A DNA stretch of 64,000 nt from an uncultured Armatimonadia bacterium. Its GTDB lineage: Bacteria; Armatimonadota; Zipacnadia; CAVVLO01. The notes under the pieces were generated by a model. It searched no databases, was not told the DNA's origin, and saw only the letters and a list, made by a program, of their open reading frames with translations. This document shows positions 20,182-30,416 of the stretch, in pieces. The stretch covers positions 352,001-416,000 of the forward strand of contig CAVVLO010000002.1 in assembly GCA_963749155.1 (NCBI GenBank), read 5' to 3'. The stretch's first letter is position 1. The number at the start of each line of letters is the position of its first letter. Both the position numbers and the translations under genes were made by a program.

Positions 20182-21846
20182 TTAGTAGAGCCCGCCACTA
20201 CGACGCACCCCGTGCACCAGCCAGGCCAGCAGCAGCAGCGCTCCTGTCAGGCCAGCTCCTCCAATGAGGTGGGTCAGCTCGTGCCCGCGGATATAGAGAT
20301 TTGTGTTTACCTGAGCCAGTAAGACTGAAGTCAATCCAAGCCCCACCGAAGTGATTGCTACCGCCAGACGATTAGTTCCTCGGTCGAAGCGCTTAAGAGG
20401 TTTATCGAGTCCGACAGGTTCGATATTTATAAGCAAGCTGTCGGTACGCAGCTTCGTTAATAACTGTGATACATCGTGTGGGAGCTGCGCGAGCATCCGG
20501 CGAGACCGAGTCAGCAAGTCATACCCGCGCGCAACTGGATCGCCTGGCTTCAGGTCAGCAATCAGCGCCCGCTTGAGCTGTCCCTCCACGACCTTCATCA
20601 AGTCAAGCTCGGGGCTAAGGGTCCGAGAGATCGCCTCGAGATGGGGCCAGACTCGCACCAGCATCGCAAGCTGACGTCCTATCCGGATATTATAATCGTG
20701 ACACAGCGCCAAAACGTCTTTGAAACTCCCAGCCAGCGAGAGCCGTTGACTCGGCACCCCCTGATACTTCGCGAACAACTGCTCCACATCGAAGGCGAAC
20801 CTTTCTCTTTCGAAGTGGGGCGGCACCTCGCCAAGCTCTCCAATCAACTCGGCAAACTGCTCAACCTCTCCTCGGGCGAAGGCCAGTAGCATCGACACCA
20901 GCAGGGCTCTTACCCGGTTGGGCAATCCCCGAGCCGAGCCACAGTCCAGAAGAGCCAGGCTCCCATCCGGTAGTACCAGCACATTACCCGCATGCGGATC
21001 CGCGTGGAAGAAACCTGTCAGCAATACCTGGCGCAGCACTAGCCTCGCAAAACGCTCCGCCAGCTCTGTGCGGTCGAAAGCCGCTCTGTCCAGTGCCGCC
21101 AGGTCAGTAATTTTAATGCCCTCGAGGTACTCCATCGTGAGTACGCTATCGGAAGAATAATCGAAGAAGACCTTCGGCACCTTGGCGCGCTCTTTGGCTT
21201 CTTCCATCTCGCTGCCCAGGCGCGTTGCATAATTGGCCTCAATCCTGTAATTCAATTCATCGAGTAAGGAGCGAGAAAACTCCTCTGCGAGCCCTTGCAG
21301 GTCAAAGGAGGCCACCGAAGGGATGTTCTGCTCTAGCCAGTTCGCCAGGTTACGCAGGATATGCAGGTCGGTATAGGTGGTCTCCCGAGCCCCCGGTTTC
21401 AAGACTTTTATCGCAACGACCTCGCCTGTCAGCAACCTGCCCTTGTGTACCTGGGCCAGGCTGGCAGCCGCAATTGGGGTGGGGTCTACTTCAGCGAAGA
21501 TCTCGCTCAGAGCGCCTTTCAATTCGCGCTCGATTATTGGCTGGATCTGAGCAAAGGGGACAGTTGAAGTCTCATCCTGCAGTTTGGCGAGTTCTTGCGC
21601 ATACTCGTTGGGAATGAGGTCATTACGTGTTGCGAGAAGCTGCCCGAATTTGGTAGACACCGGTCCAAGTTCAGCCAGCAGGCACCGCACTTCCTCTGGC
21701 CCAATCAGTTCACGATGCGGCTCTCGACTGCGCGGGTGAAAGGACAAGCCTGCTGCCCGCACAACCGCCGACGCGCCGTGTTTCCACAGCGTAGAGGCGA
21801 TCTTGCCATACCTGGAGAAGACCCGCTTGGTGCCAAACAACCGCAT
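20182..21846 (-). CDS. ABC1/AarF/UbiB atypical kinase
   Basis: KFGQLLATR, AAASLAQVH, VAIKV, FFHADPHAGN, LLDCG, two C-terminal TMs. Confidence 0.93.
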   Translation of the reverse strand: MRLFGTKRVFSRYGKIASTLWKHGASAVVRAAGLSFHPRSREPHRELIGPEEVRCLLAELGPVSTKFGQLLATRNDLIPNEYAQELAKLQDETSTVPFAQIQPIIERELKGALSEIFAEVDPTPIAAASLAQVHKGRLLTGEVVAIKVLKPGARETTYTDLHILRNLANWLEQNIPSVASFDLQGLAEEFSRSLLDELNYRIEANYATRLGSEMEEAKERAKVPKVFFDYSSDSVLTMEYLEGIKITDLAALDRAAFDRTELAERFARLVLRQVLLTGFFHADPHAGNVLVLPDGSLALLDCGSARGLPNRVRALLVSMLLAFARGEVEQFAELIGELGEVPPHFERERFAFDVEQLFAKYQGVPSQRLSLAGSFKDVLALCHDYNIRIGRQLAMLVRVWPHLEAISRTLSPELDLMKVVEGQLKRALIADLKPGDPVARGYDLLTRSRRMLAQLPHDVSQLLTKLRTDSLLINIEPVGLDKPLKRFDRGTNRLAVAITSVGLGLTSVLLAQVNTNLYIRGHELTHLIGGAGLTGALLLLAWLVHGVRRSGGLY

Positions 21847-21863
21847 CGTTTTGTCTGTGCCGC

Positions 21864-22199
21864 CTAAGCCTGAGAAGCCAGGCGTTGCTCGAGATCAGCA
21901 ATCTGCTTGCGCAAAGCGTCAACCTCGCCTCGCAAAGTCTCCAGCTCACCTTTTGTGCATACTCCAGCCCTGGCAAGCTGCTCCCGCACCAGATCCCTGG
22001 CAAGTTGCTCCAGCTCGGTCCGTCGTTTCTGGGCAGCTTCAACTAGCTCATCCAGAAGTTGCTTGCCCTCATCTTCCCCCAGATGGCCTCTTACTCTCAA
22101 AGTCTCCACCATCTGCTGGGCGCGCTCAGTCGTTACACTTGCGGCGCCAAGAGCGACCGCTAGCAACTCTTCAATTGATATCAATTTGCCTCCCTCCAC
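21864..22199 (-). CDS. Phasin-like coiled-coil protein
   Basis: LGAASVTTERAQQMVETL..RGHL...EGK...GVCTKGELETL; this family is usually found next to UbiB. Confidence 0.75.
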   Translation of the reverse strand: MEGGKLISIEELLAVALGAASVTTERAQQMVETLRVRGHLGEDEGKQLLDELVEAAQKRRTELEQLARDLVREQLARAGVCTKGELETLRGEVDALRKQIADLEQRLASQA

Positions 22200-22206
22200 T
22201 GGCCTG

Positions 22207-22929
22207 CTAGATACCCAGTTGCTGCTCCAGCTTCTTTATTCGGTCCTTGGTTGGGGGATGGGTCGCAATCCACCGCTCGAGTGTGCTTGGAGAACCTTCT
22301 TCCAGGCTCTCGAGTGTCCTTAAAAATCTAAGCAAGCCATCCGACTTGTACCCCGACTGGGAAGCATAAACCGTGCCATATTTGTCTGCAGTGTATTCAT
22401 CTTCTCGACTGTAACCGCTCATCACCAGGGCATTGGCAATACTGGCACCTAGCACCACTGCATCAGATTGCTCCCCCAGGAGGACGCCGGCAGCCAGGGC
22501 TAGCTTTGTCTGCTTTTCGATCATCTTGGCCCCATGCCGTTTCACCACATGGGCTATCTCGTGACCTACAACCCCTGCCAGTTCGTCATCGCTAGTGACC
22601 TCTTCAAGAAGCCCCCGGGTCACGTAGATATATCCACCAGGGGCGGCCATAGCGTTGACGTCTTTAGTATTGAGTATCTTGAAACTCCAGGGCAGCTCAG
22701 CTCTCGAAGTGTCAGCGGCAATCCTGTCGCCAATCCGCTGCACTCGGCGAGTCTGAGTTTCGTCCTTCCACAAGCCGTATTCCTTTTCCAGAGACTTGCC
22801 GGCGCTGCTGCCTAGCTCGATTTCGTCTTCGGTGCTGACTTTGAAGGGGTCATCGCATCCTATTACGAATATCGAGCCAATTGCCAGCAACGCCAGCATA
22901 AGCAGGCTGGTCAGTCTAAGCATTACCAT
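22207..22929 (-). CDS. M48 zinc metallopeptidase, probable lipoprotein
   Basis: Lipobox VIGC, NAMAAPGG, HEIAH, YSREDEYTAD, THPP. Confidence 0.92.
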   Translation of the reverse strand: MVMLRLTSLLMLALLAIGSIFVIGCDDPFKVSTEDEIELGSSAGKSLEKEYGLWKDETQTRRVQRIGDRIAADTSRAELPWSFKILNTKDVNAMAAPGGYIYVTRGLLEEVTSDDELAGVVGHEIAHVVKRHGAKMIEKQTKLALAAGVLLGEQSDAVVLGASIANALVMSGYSREDEYTADKYGTVYASQSGYKSDGLLRFLRTLESLEEGSPSTLERWIATHPPTKDRIKKLEQQLGI

Positions 22930-22935
22930 CGCTTC

Positions 22936-23388
22936 CTAGAATAACCCGACGCGGACGTCAATTATTGCCGAGACGCCGACACCTTTTACAACTTTCGTCT
23001 TGGTTGGATTCGAGCTGCTAACCGGAAGCAGCAGCTTGCCTCTCAGGACACCGAAGCTGGTTTCGAACTGGCCGACCGCCTTCACTTTCTTCAATAGATC
23101 CTGATCGCCAGCAACCTGAGCTGCGCCGACTGCGATTCCGCCACCAGCCGAGATAATTGGCACCACTTTGGTGGCCTGCTTTACCTCGACCTTGTTTTGC
23201 AACAGCAGCTTGTTCACGAAGTTATTGATGTCGTCGCTGTAATGCCTGACTGCGGCTACAATAGCCGCCCCAGTTAGCAGGTCGCCGATATCGGGCAAGC
23301 TAAACGCCTGGGCCGGCAAGCTTATTACGAGCCCGCAGACGAGGGTCAGAGCGATAAGTAGAAGTCCCAGTTTCTGATTAGTCTTCAT
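22936..23388 (-). CDS. Exported protein of unknown function
   Basis: Signal peptide (PAQA), TKVVPIISAG...GAAQVAG...VGVSAIIDV. Confidence 0.8.
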   Translation of the reverse strand: MKTNQKLGLLLIALTLVCGLVISLPAQAFSLPDIGDLLTGAAIVAAVRHYSDDINNFVNKLLLQNKVEVKQATKVVPIISAGGGIAVGAAQVAGDQDLLKKVKAVGQFETSFGVLRGKLLLPVSSSNPTKTKVVKGVGVSAIIDVRVGLF

Positions 23389-23404
23389 CAGCTTCTCCTC
23401 CCCC

Positions 23405-24184
23405 TCACAGCTTGACATCCACAAGGCCTGTCACTCCGACCTTGGGGATGCGATCGATATCTTTGAAGTCGGTCTCGCCCACTGGTACGAGCACTCTGGC
23501 CCGGAACTTTCCATCCAGAAACTTGCCCTCGAGCTGCACGACTGCCTTGCATTCGTCGATGCGCGCCTTCGGGCCAGTCACCTGGACAGCACCCAATCTG
23601 AGTCCGCTACCAAGTGCCAGCAACGGCACGATCTTGTTCTCCCAGGTATCGTAGTCCTCTTCTTCTTCTTCATAGATGCGGGCATCGGGAAAGAGTATTG
23701 TCACAAGGTTCTCTCGCCAGCTACGCGCCAAATCCTGGGCGGAAGTGCCATAAGCCTCGGCATCTACAACCGTGGCTGTGGCGATGCTCTGGTCACCAAT
23801 TGCCAGCACCCAGATACCGTTTTGTTGAAGGGTCTGGATATCTCCCACCGCGAACTCGCTCTCGAACAACGCGTTTAGCCGGTCACTTGCGATCTCGGCC
23901 CGGCCAAATCCGGTGAGATCCGGGGTCAGGGTATACAGTGTCGCTACCAGGTTGCCATCCACCAGGAGTTCTCCCACCTGGATATCATCGATCACTGCGG
24001 CATTTGCCGTAGCCAGATGCAGGGGAGTTTCTTCCTGGGGTACGGGTTCATCCACCGTTGGCTCATCGGTCACTGGTGGCTCTTCATCCGCCGCGGTTAC
24101 AAGCAGTACCGCGCTTAACAGCGCCATCACCGCAAATAGTGCCAGGATTAGCACAAGCGGTGAGGCAAAACCTTTTACTCGCAT
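23405..24184 (-). CDS. Exported two-domain protein; C-terminal domain paralogous to the neighbour
   Basis: Signal peptide, acidic linker, NKIVPLLALG...GAVQVTG...VGVTGLVDVKL. SD AGGAGG. Confidence 0.8.
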   Translation of the reverse strand: MRVKGFASPLVLILALFAVMALLSAVLLVTAADEEPPVTDEPTVDEPVPQEETPLHLATANAAVIDDIQVGELLVDGNLVATLYTLTPDLTGFGRAEIASDRLNALFESEFAVGDIQTLQQNGIWVLAIGDQSIATATVVDAEAYGTSAQDLARSWRENLVTILFPDARIYEEEEEDYDTWENKIVPLLALGSGLRLGAVQVTGPKARIDECKAVVQLEGKFLDGKFRARVLVPVGETDFKDIDRIPKVGVTGLVDVKL

Positions 24185-24271
24185 TGTTGCCACCTCCTGT
24201 TTCAATAATAGCAGAGATTTGCTAGATTACCCTTAACAGACTCCTCCCAATCTCCAGTGTTTCAAAACTCC

Positions 24272-25096
24272 TTATTTACTCAGGCTGTTCCCGAAGCGAG
24301 TTTCCAGCGCCAGCCGACTAGCCAGACTGCGCAATTCGACCGTAGCCGGAGCCTCTGGCCTGGCAATAGCCACAGGAGTTTGTGCGAGCACCGCTGCCGG
24401 CACAGCTCCATCCAGAGGCACCCAGCCTGCCAGGCCAGGTTCCATAAAAAGAAACCGCGCGCAAGAGCCTCTTACTGTCTCGTAGCACTCCCTTGCCTGC
24501 CGTTCTCCGCTGGTCTGATTGAACAGCAACTCCACTTCCCCGCCCCAATCCGACAATTTGAGCAATTTGAGAAAAGCGTACAAATCCACAAGCGACGTCG
24601 GCTCGGGAGTGGCCACAAGTACCAGTCTGTTTGTCATATTGACGAGTTGCCGGACGTTTCGTTCAATCCCTGCAGGCGCATCAAGCAACACCAGATCATA
24701 CCGATTCATTACTCTTTCGAGCCCCCGGTGGACGATTGCCTGATCCTCCTCCTGCAAGCTCGCCAGCCGCATCGTATCCAGGCCTCCACTCACCAGGTCG
24801 AAACCAAATTTACTGTGATGAACCACCTGTTCGAGCGGCTTGTCTCCTTTTAGCAGCACATCGGCCCCATACCTTGGATATTCGCCAGTCATCACGCAAA
24901 CATTGGCAAGCCCAAGATCTGCGTCAAAAAGCAGCACCTGCTTGCCTTCTTGGGCAAGCAGGCAAGCCAGATTGACCGCCAGGGTGGTCTTTCCAACGCC
25001 CCCCTTGCCCGAGGCGATTACAAGCAGCCTGTTTCGCGCCTCACCCAGCCCTTCCCCTCCAAGCGCCTGACGCAGCCGTGTAGCCTGGTCACTCAT
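24272..25096 (-). CDS. flhG: MinD-like flagellar number regulator FlhG
   Basis: N-terminal DQAxxLR, SGKGGVGKT, DADLGLAN, TPEPTS. Confidence 0.93.
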   Translation of the reverse strand: MSDQATRLRQALGGEGLGEARNRLLVIASGKGGVGKTTLAVNLACLLAQEGKQVLLFDADLGLANVCVMTGEYPRYGADVLLKGDKPLEQVVHHSKFGFDLVSGGLDTMRLASLQEEDQAIVHRGLERVMNRYDLVLLDAPAGIERNVRQLVNMTNRLVLVATPEPTSLVDLYAFLKLLKLSDWGGEVELLFNQTSGERQARECYETVRGSCARFLFMEPGLAGWVPLDGAVPAAVLAQTPVAIARPEAPATVELRSLASRLALETRFGNSLSK

Positions 25097-26177
25097 ACTT
25101 GTACCTCGAAGCAAGCCGGTTCTCGGAGCCCATAAGTGCCTCCACCAGGGGCAGAGCCTCGGCTACCGCAAGATCATCAGGCACCTCTTGCCCATTTGTG
25201 ACGTAGCGGGCCGGCAGAGGATGTAGCAGCATCGCCTCAAAGGGGGCGCTGCAGCGCACTGCCTCATCCAGTTTGCTGAAGAGATAATGGGTCGGACGCA
25301 AAGCCTGGAAGCGCTCAACGATATCAGCCAGCTCCCGACTTGAGGTGGTTGCCGATAACACCAGATGGACTTCCTTCTGGCGAAATCCGCCGATATATTC
25401 CGCCAGTTCGCGCAACCTGGAGTCGTCTCGCTGCGACCTGCCGGGTGTATCAACCAGTACAAATTCCGCTCCAGCCAGTCGATTCAAGGCTCTCGGCAGG
25501 TCAGAGGGAGTCCGCACGACTTCGAGCCGCAGTCCCAGGATATCTGCATAAGTGCGCAGTTGCTCAACCGCGCCAATCCTGTAAGTATCAACCGTAATAA
25601 GAGCTGCCTCTCGCCCGTGTACCAGCGCCAGCCGGGCGGCAATCTTGGCAAGTGAAGTCGTTTTGCCAACTCCAGTCGGGCCGACAAAAATCATTGCGGT
25701 CGGCTCCAGAGGTTCTCCCACACAATCCATCAACTGGGCCAGTGCAGCTGCGACCTGAGGCCTGGTTGGCACTCGCGAGTTGACCGGCGCGACCTGTGAA
25801 AGCTCTGCGGCAAGCGGTGTTGCCGCCTCCTCTCCCAGCCCCAAAGCCTGCAGATAAGCGCGCGTCGAGGCCAGGCTTTCTTCAGGTTCGATTAGCGCAG
25901 GCTTGGGCTCGATTACAGTGGTGACACTCTGTCTGGAGCCAATTGTGTGCTGCGGACTCCGAGCTACCGGTCTTTCACTCAGTTGCTCGTGCACCAGCCC
26001 GGCAGGCTCATCCAGCACGCCGGCAGCTATCTCTATGCGCGCTGGCCGCATAAAGCCAAGCGCCCCTTCCTGACGTCGTGTTTTGGTGGAGAGAATTACC
26101 GCATCAGGCCCTAGCTCTTGGCGGATAAGTTCCAAGCCCTGCGCCATTGACTCCACTTCGTACCGTTTGACCTTCAT
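25089..26177 (-). CDS. flhF: SRP-family GTPase FlhF
   Basis: ELGPDAVILST, GPTGVGKTT, DTYRIGAVEQL, DTPG, KLDE, TNGQEVPDD. Confidence 0.95.
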   Translation of the reverse strand: MKVKRYEVESMAQGLELIRQELGPDAVILSTKTRRQEGALGFMRPARIEIAAGVLDEPAGLVHEQLSERPVARSPQHTIGSRQSVTTVIEPKPALIEPEESLASTRAYLQALGLGEEAATPLAAELSQVAPVNSRVPTRPQVAAALAQLMDCVGEPLEPTAMIFVGPTGVGKTTSLAKIAARLALVHGREAALITVDTYRIGAVEQLRTYADILGLRLEVVRTPSDLPRALNRLAGAEFVLVDTPGRSQRDDSRLRELAEYIGGFRQKEVHLVLSATTSSRELADIVERFQALRPTHYLFSKLDEAVRCSAPFEAMLLHPLPARYVTNGQEVPDDLAVAEALPLVEALMGSENRLASRYKYE

Positions 26178-28231
26178 CTTGCAACCTCACAACGGCCAGG
26201 GTCTTGAGCTTGACCTGATCTGTCAGCTCTCCGCGCGCGAGCAAGGTCAGCTCCTTGTAAACAGGAAGCAGCAATCCGCGCAGGAAAGGTCTCAGTTCAT
26301 CGGCACAGACCAGTGTTGGACTTACCCCAAGCTGCGCTACACGAGCTATCTCGGCGCCTGTGGCGTCCATAAACCGGCTCCATAGCTCAATCGAATCTGC
26401 CGGATCGCTCCTGCCAGAGTCGCTAGCATCTTCCTTCAGAGCTTGCTCGAGCCCATAATCCAGCACTATCAGGTTCAGGTTGCCCTCAGGGTCAACCAGG
26501 TCGGCACAAAGTTGTGCCCCAAGCGCCTTGCGTACGGCCTCGCCAAGCTTGGCTAGATCCTTTTCGTAAGGCGCCATATCGCCCAAAGTCTCGAGGATTG
26601 TCACCAGGTCGCGGATTGGCACTCGCTCATCCAGAAGATATTGCAGCACCTTGTGAACCTGGCCAAGATTCAACAGGTTGGGTACAACCTCACTGACCAG
26701 CACCGAATTGCTCTCTTTCAAGGTGTCCAGGAGTTCCTGACATTCCTTGCGCCCAAACAGTCTGCTGCCATTTCGCCTTACCGTCTCGGCCAGATGGGTC
26801 GCTACCACACTGGAAGGAGTTACCACGGTGTAACCAGAGGCCTCGGCTATCAGCTTTTGTGATTCCATAATCCAGACGGCATCTACCCCAAAGGCCGGGT
26901 CTTTCGTCTTTATGCCTTCAATTTCAGGCTGGCCAGGCACCGATGAGACTGCCAGAAGTCGCCCTGTCATAACCTCGCCCCGGGCAACTTCAACTCCCCG
27001 GATTCGCAGCACATATTCGCCCGGCTTCAGGCTTATGACATCGCGCACCCGCACAGGGGGCATTATGAAGCCCAGGCTGGAGGCAAGTTGGCGCCTTACC
27101 GACTTCACGCGCTCGAGCAAGTCGCCTCCCTGCCCCGCATCTACCAAAGGCACCAGCCCATATCCGATCTCCAGTGTTACCGGATCCACCTTCAGCAACT
27201 CGGAGGCTTCGCTCTCCTGCGGGGGCGCCTGTTTCCCAGCCGTCTCTTCGATTTCTTCCTCTGACTCGACAACAGGCGGTGACTTCGCCAGGCTATACCC
27301 AATAATGCCAACTGTGGCGGCAATAACCAGCACTACAAGCTTCGGCACACCAGGCACCAGCGCGAAAGTCGTTATTACTACCGAGGCCAGCCCTAGCGTC
27401 CGCGGGTTGGAGAATATCTGCCCGGCCAGATCTTTCCCCAGGCTGCTCTCCGTCGCCGCGCGTGTGACAATGAAACCGGTGGCCGTCGAAACAAGCAAGG
27501 CAGGGATCTGCGTAACCAGTCCCTCGCCCACTGTCAGCAAGGTATAGCGTTGCAGAGAGTCGGTTATTGACATCCCATGCTGGGCCATCCCAATTATGAA
27601 TCCGCCCACGATGTCTATAACCACAATCACGATCGCCGCAATCGCATCGCCCCTTACGAATTTCGAGGCGCCATCCATCGCGCCATAAAAGTCCGCTTCC
27701 TGCTCTATCTCGCGTCGTCTTCTACGCGCCTCTGCCTCATTTATCAGCCCAGAGGAAAGGTCGGCATCGATACTGAGTTGCTTGCCTGGCATCGCATCCA
27801 GCGTAAACCTGGCCGCTACTTCGGCAACTCGTCCCGCGCCACTGGTGATGACAGCAAACTGGATAACAATAAGTATGAAGAAGACAACCAGACCAACGAT
27901 GTAGTTGCCCCCGATCACGAAGCTACCGAAAGCCTCGATCACATGCCCGCCTTGCGCGCTCGAGAGGATGAGCCTTGCCGCAGCCACATTGAGTGAAAGC
28001 CTGAAGAGGGTCATCCCAAGAAGCAACGCGGGGAATACACTGAAAGCGAGGGGTTTGGGCGTATACATCGCGTTGAGCAGCACGACAACGGCAGAGGCGA
28101 TATTCACCAGCAACAAGGCGTCCAGAGCCATTGGGGGCATCGGCACGACTAGGCATCATCAGCACTGCCATACCGCCAATCGGCGCCAGTACATCTGAAT
28201 GCTGAAGCAACCTGGACAGCACCTGCTGCAT
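26104..28231 (-). CDS. flhA: Flagellar export gate FlhA (1-nt frameshift near 28152)
   Basis: RVAEVAARFTLDAMPGKQ, FYGAMDGASKFVRGD. The N-terminus MQQVLS...AVLMM is in another frame and joins on removing one C. Confidence 0.95.
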
Positions 28232-28262
28232 TCCGGCTCCTCTCCCCCAAGGCGGTCAGTGG

Positions 28263-29342
28263 CTAGTAGATGGTCTGTAATTTCCGACGCAGTTTCTCGC
28301 TGGTTTGCGCAACAAAGGCATAGACTTCTGCCACGAGCGCCAGCAGTGGCTCTGGTACGGAATCTCCCACCTCCGTTGTGCTATACAATCTGCGTGCCAG
28401 AACGGGGCTTTCGACGATTGGGACCGAATGTTTCGAAGCTAGTAACTTTATCTTCAAGGCCAGTTCATCTACGCCCTTGGCCACAACAACCGGCGACTTG
28501 TCTTCTCCAGGCTCATAGGTAAGGGCCAGAGCATAATGAGTCGGGTTAGTGATGACGACATCAGCTTTGGGCACTTCCTGGGTCATACGCCTGCGCGCCA
28601 GGGCTCGCTGCCTTGCCCTTAGTTGCGCCTTCAATATTGGGTCGCCTTCGCTCTGCCTGAATTCTTCCTTGACCTCTTGCTTGGTCATCTTCATCTTCTG
28701 ATAGAAGGTGTACTTGGTGTATGCGAAATCTGCAGCACCGAGGATAAGCAGGGCGACTGCGCCACGCAGTAGAAGCCGATACGTTTCGGCCTCTAGTCTC
28801 AAGACAGCCGCCTCGGGCGCCAAATGCAACAAAGCCATCAACTGGGGGCCTATCCCCCTGATCCCCGTAAACAACACCATCCCGAGCAGTAGTACCTTCG
28901 CAACCGATTTGACCAGTGTGAACAAAGCCTGCATCGAGAACATCCGCGCCAGCCCAGTAACAGGATTCAGTCGTGTGAAGTCCGGTTTCAACGGATAGCT
29001 ACTCGCCACGAAGCCGCTCTGTACCAGGCTGATCCCAAGTGCCACCGCGCATAGAGCGCCCAGCAGCGGTGCCAGCATAAGTGCGGAATGAGAAAGTGGA
29101 ACAAGAAGCAAAGGCACCCAGTCCTCGGTAGAACCTCCCGTCAGGCTTTTGCCTTGCCAAATCAAAGCAAACAGCCCAGCAAGCTGAACCAACTGTTTTT
29201 TGAAGAGGGTGTGGATGACTATCAATCCGGCAATCAGCACACAAGCTGAGACCAATTCCTGACTGCGCGCCACCTGGCCTCTGCGGCGCGCTTCGTCCAT
29301 CCGTTTTGGAGTTGGCGCTTCAGACCGATCGTCTTTGAACAT
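28263..29342 (-). CDS. flhB: Flagellar export switch FlhB
   Basis: NPTH autocleavage motif, KMTKQEVKEE, EGDP. Confidence 0.96.
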   Translation of the reverse strand: MFKDDRSEAPTPKRMDEARRRGQVARSQELVSACVLIAGLIVIHTLFKKQLVQLAGLFALIWQGKSLTGGSTEDWVPLLLVPLSHSALMLAPLLGALCAVALGISLVQSGFVASSYPLKPDFTRLNPVTGLARMFSMQALFTLVKSVAKVLLLGMVLFTGIRGIGPQLMALLHLAPEAAVLRLEAETYRLLLRGAVALLILGAADFAYTKYTFYQKMKMTKQEVKEEFRQSEGDPILKAQLRARQRALARRRMTQEVPKADVVITNPTHYALALTYEPGEDKSPVVVAKGVDELALKIKLLASKHSVPIVESPVLARRLYSTTEVGDSVPEPLLALVAEVYAFVAQTSEKLRRKLQTIY

Positions 29343-29357
29343 TCACGCCTCCTCCGA

Positions 29358-30158
29358 CTAGCGCAGTGCCGCTATCAGTTTTATCCAGTCCGTTGTAATC
29401 CCGTTGAAATGGACTTCCAGCAATCGGACTAGCTCGGGTGAGGCTAGAGTTAGCGCTACCAGAGTAAGGCCTATCTTCACTGGGAAGGCGGTTATGAAGA
29501 CATTCATCTGAGGCACGGTTCGAGCAAGCAAACCGAAACATAAATCAGCAGTAAGCAGCATTGCAACAAGGGGCGCGCCCATCTTGAGGGCAGCCACGAA
29601 CATCGCCGAACTCGATTGCTGCATTGCTTCCCAAGCTTGCCAACCAGGCACAAGTAATCCAGGGGGCGCCACCAGGAAGGTCTGCCCCAGGCCTGTAAGT
29701 AACTGGTGATGCCCGTTCACTGCGAGCAAGGCCAGCAGGGCGAATATGGTGCTGGCCTGCGCCAATACTGATCCCTGCCCCCCCATCGAAGGATCAAGTG
29801 TGCCTGCCGCACCGAACCCAGTTTGGATGTCAACCACCTGGAAGGCTACCTGCACCGCGCCGACCAGCAACTGAGCCAGCAATCCAAGTGCTGCTCCTGT
29901 GGCTAACTCCAGGCAGAACCAGCCTGCCATTACTATCGGACTGTCCGGCACGGTAATCCGGTCTGCCAGTATCAGCGCATAAAAGCTCGAGAGAACAACT
30001 ACGAATAGAGACTTGACTCGCATCGGCATAAGTCGGCTTGATAACACAGGGGCGGTCAGGAACAGCCCCGCCACTCGCCCCGATACCAGAATCCCGCGCG
30101 CAAGCACGGTACCGTAGTCACCATACCAGGTGCCCAGTTGCAGCAGCTCAGCTGCCAA
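29358..30158 (-). CDS. fliR: FliR
   Basis: Hydrophobic, NGHH, RTVPQMNVF, position between fliQ and flhB. Confidence 0.93.
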   Translation of the reverse strand: MAAELLQLGTWYGDYGTVLARGILVSGRVAGLFLTAPVLSSRLMPMRVKSLFVVVLSSFYALILADRITVPDSPIVMAGWFCLELATGAALGLLAQLLVGAVQVAFQVVDIQTGFGAAGTLDPSMGGQGSVLAQASTIFALLALLAVNGHHQLLTGLGQTFLVAPPGLLVPGWQAWEAMQQSSSAMFVAALKMGAPLVAMLLTADLCFGLLARTVPQMNVFITAFPVKIGLTLVALTLASPELVRLLEVHFNGITTDWIKLIAALR

Positions 30159-30414
30159 TTGTTCCTACCTGCTCAAACAACTGCCGAGTGAAATCTATTG
30201 CCATCCTGAGCATCCAGTTGCCCGTTAGCATAAGTACGACCATAACAGCCAGTATTTTGGGCACGAAAGCCAGGGTCATCTCCTGCACCTGGGTAACCGC
30301 CTGCAGCAGGCCCACGATTATTCCAGTTACAAGCGCAACTCCTAATACAGGCAGAGTCAGCTTGAGAGTCAGCAGCATTGCCTGTTGCATCAGGCTGACG
30401 AGATCGACTTCCAT
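30148..30414 (-). CDS. fliQ: FliQ
   Basis: QAVTQVQEMTLAFVPK. Confidence 0.96.
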   Translation of the reverse strand: MEVDLVSLMQQAMLLTLKLTLPVLGVALVTGIIVGLLQAVTQVQEMTLAFVPKILAVMVVLMLTGNWMLRMAIDFTRQLFEQVGTIGS

Positions 30415-30416
30415 CT

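Noticed and set aside
26104..26177. FlhA C-terminal extension overlapping flhF by 74 nt as a functional feature
   Set aside because: Non-conserved tail that could be simple stop loss or another indel error.
28140..28160. Programmed frameshifting in flhA, fliK or thiD
   Set aside because: No slippery heptamer or long phase-variable tract; runs are only 2-4 nt.
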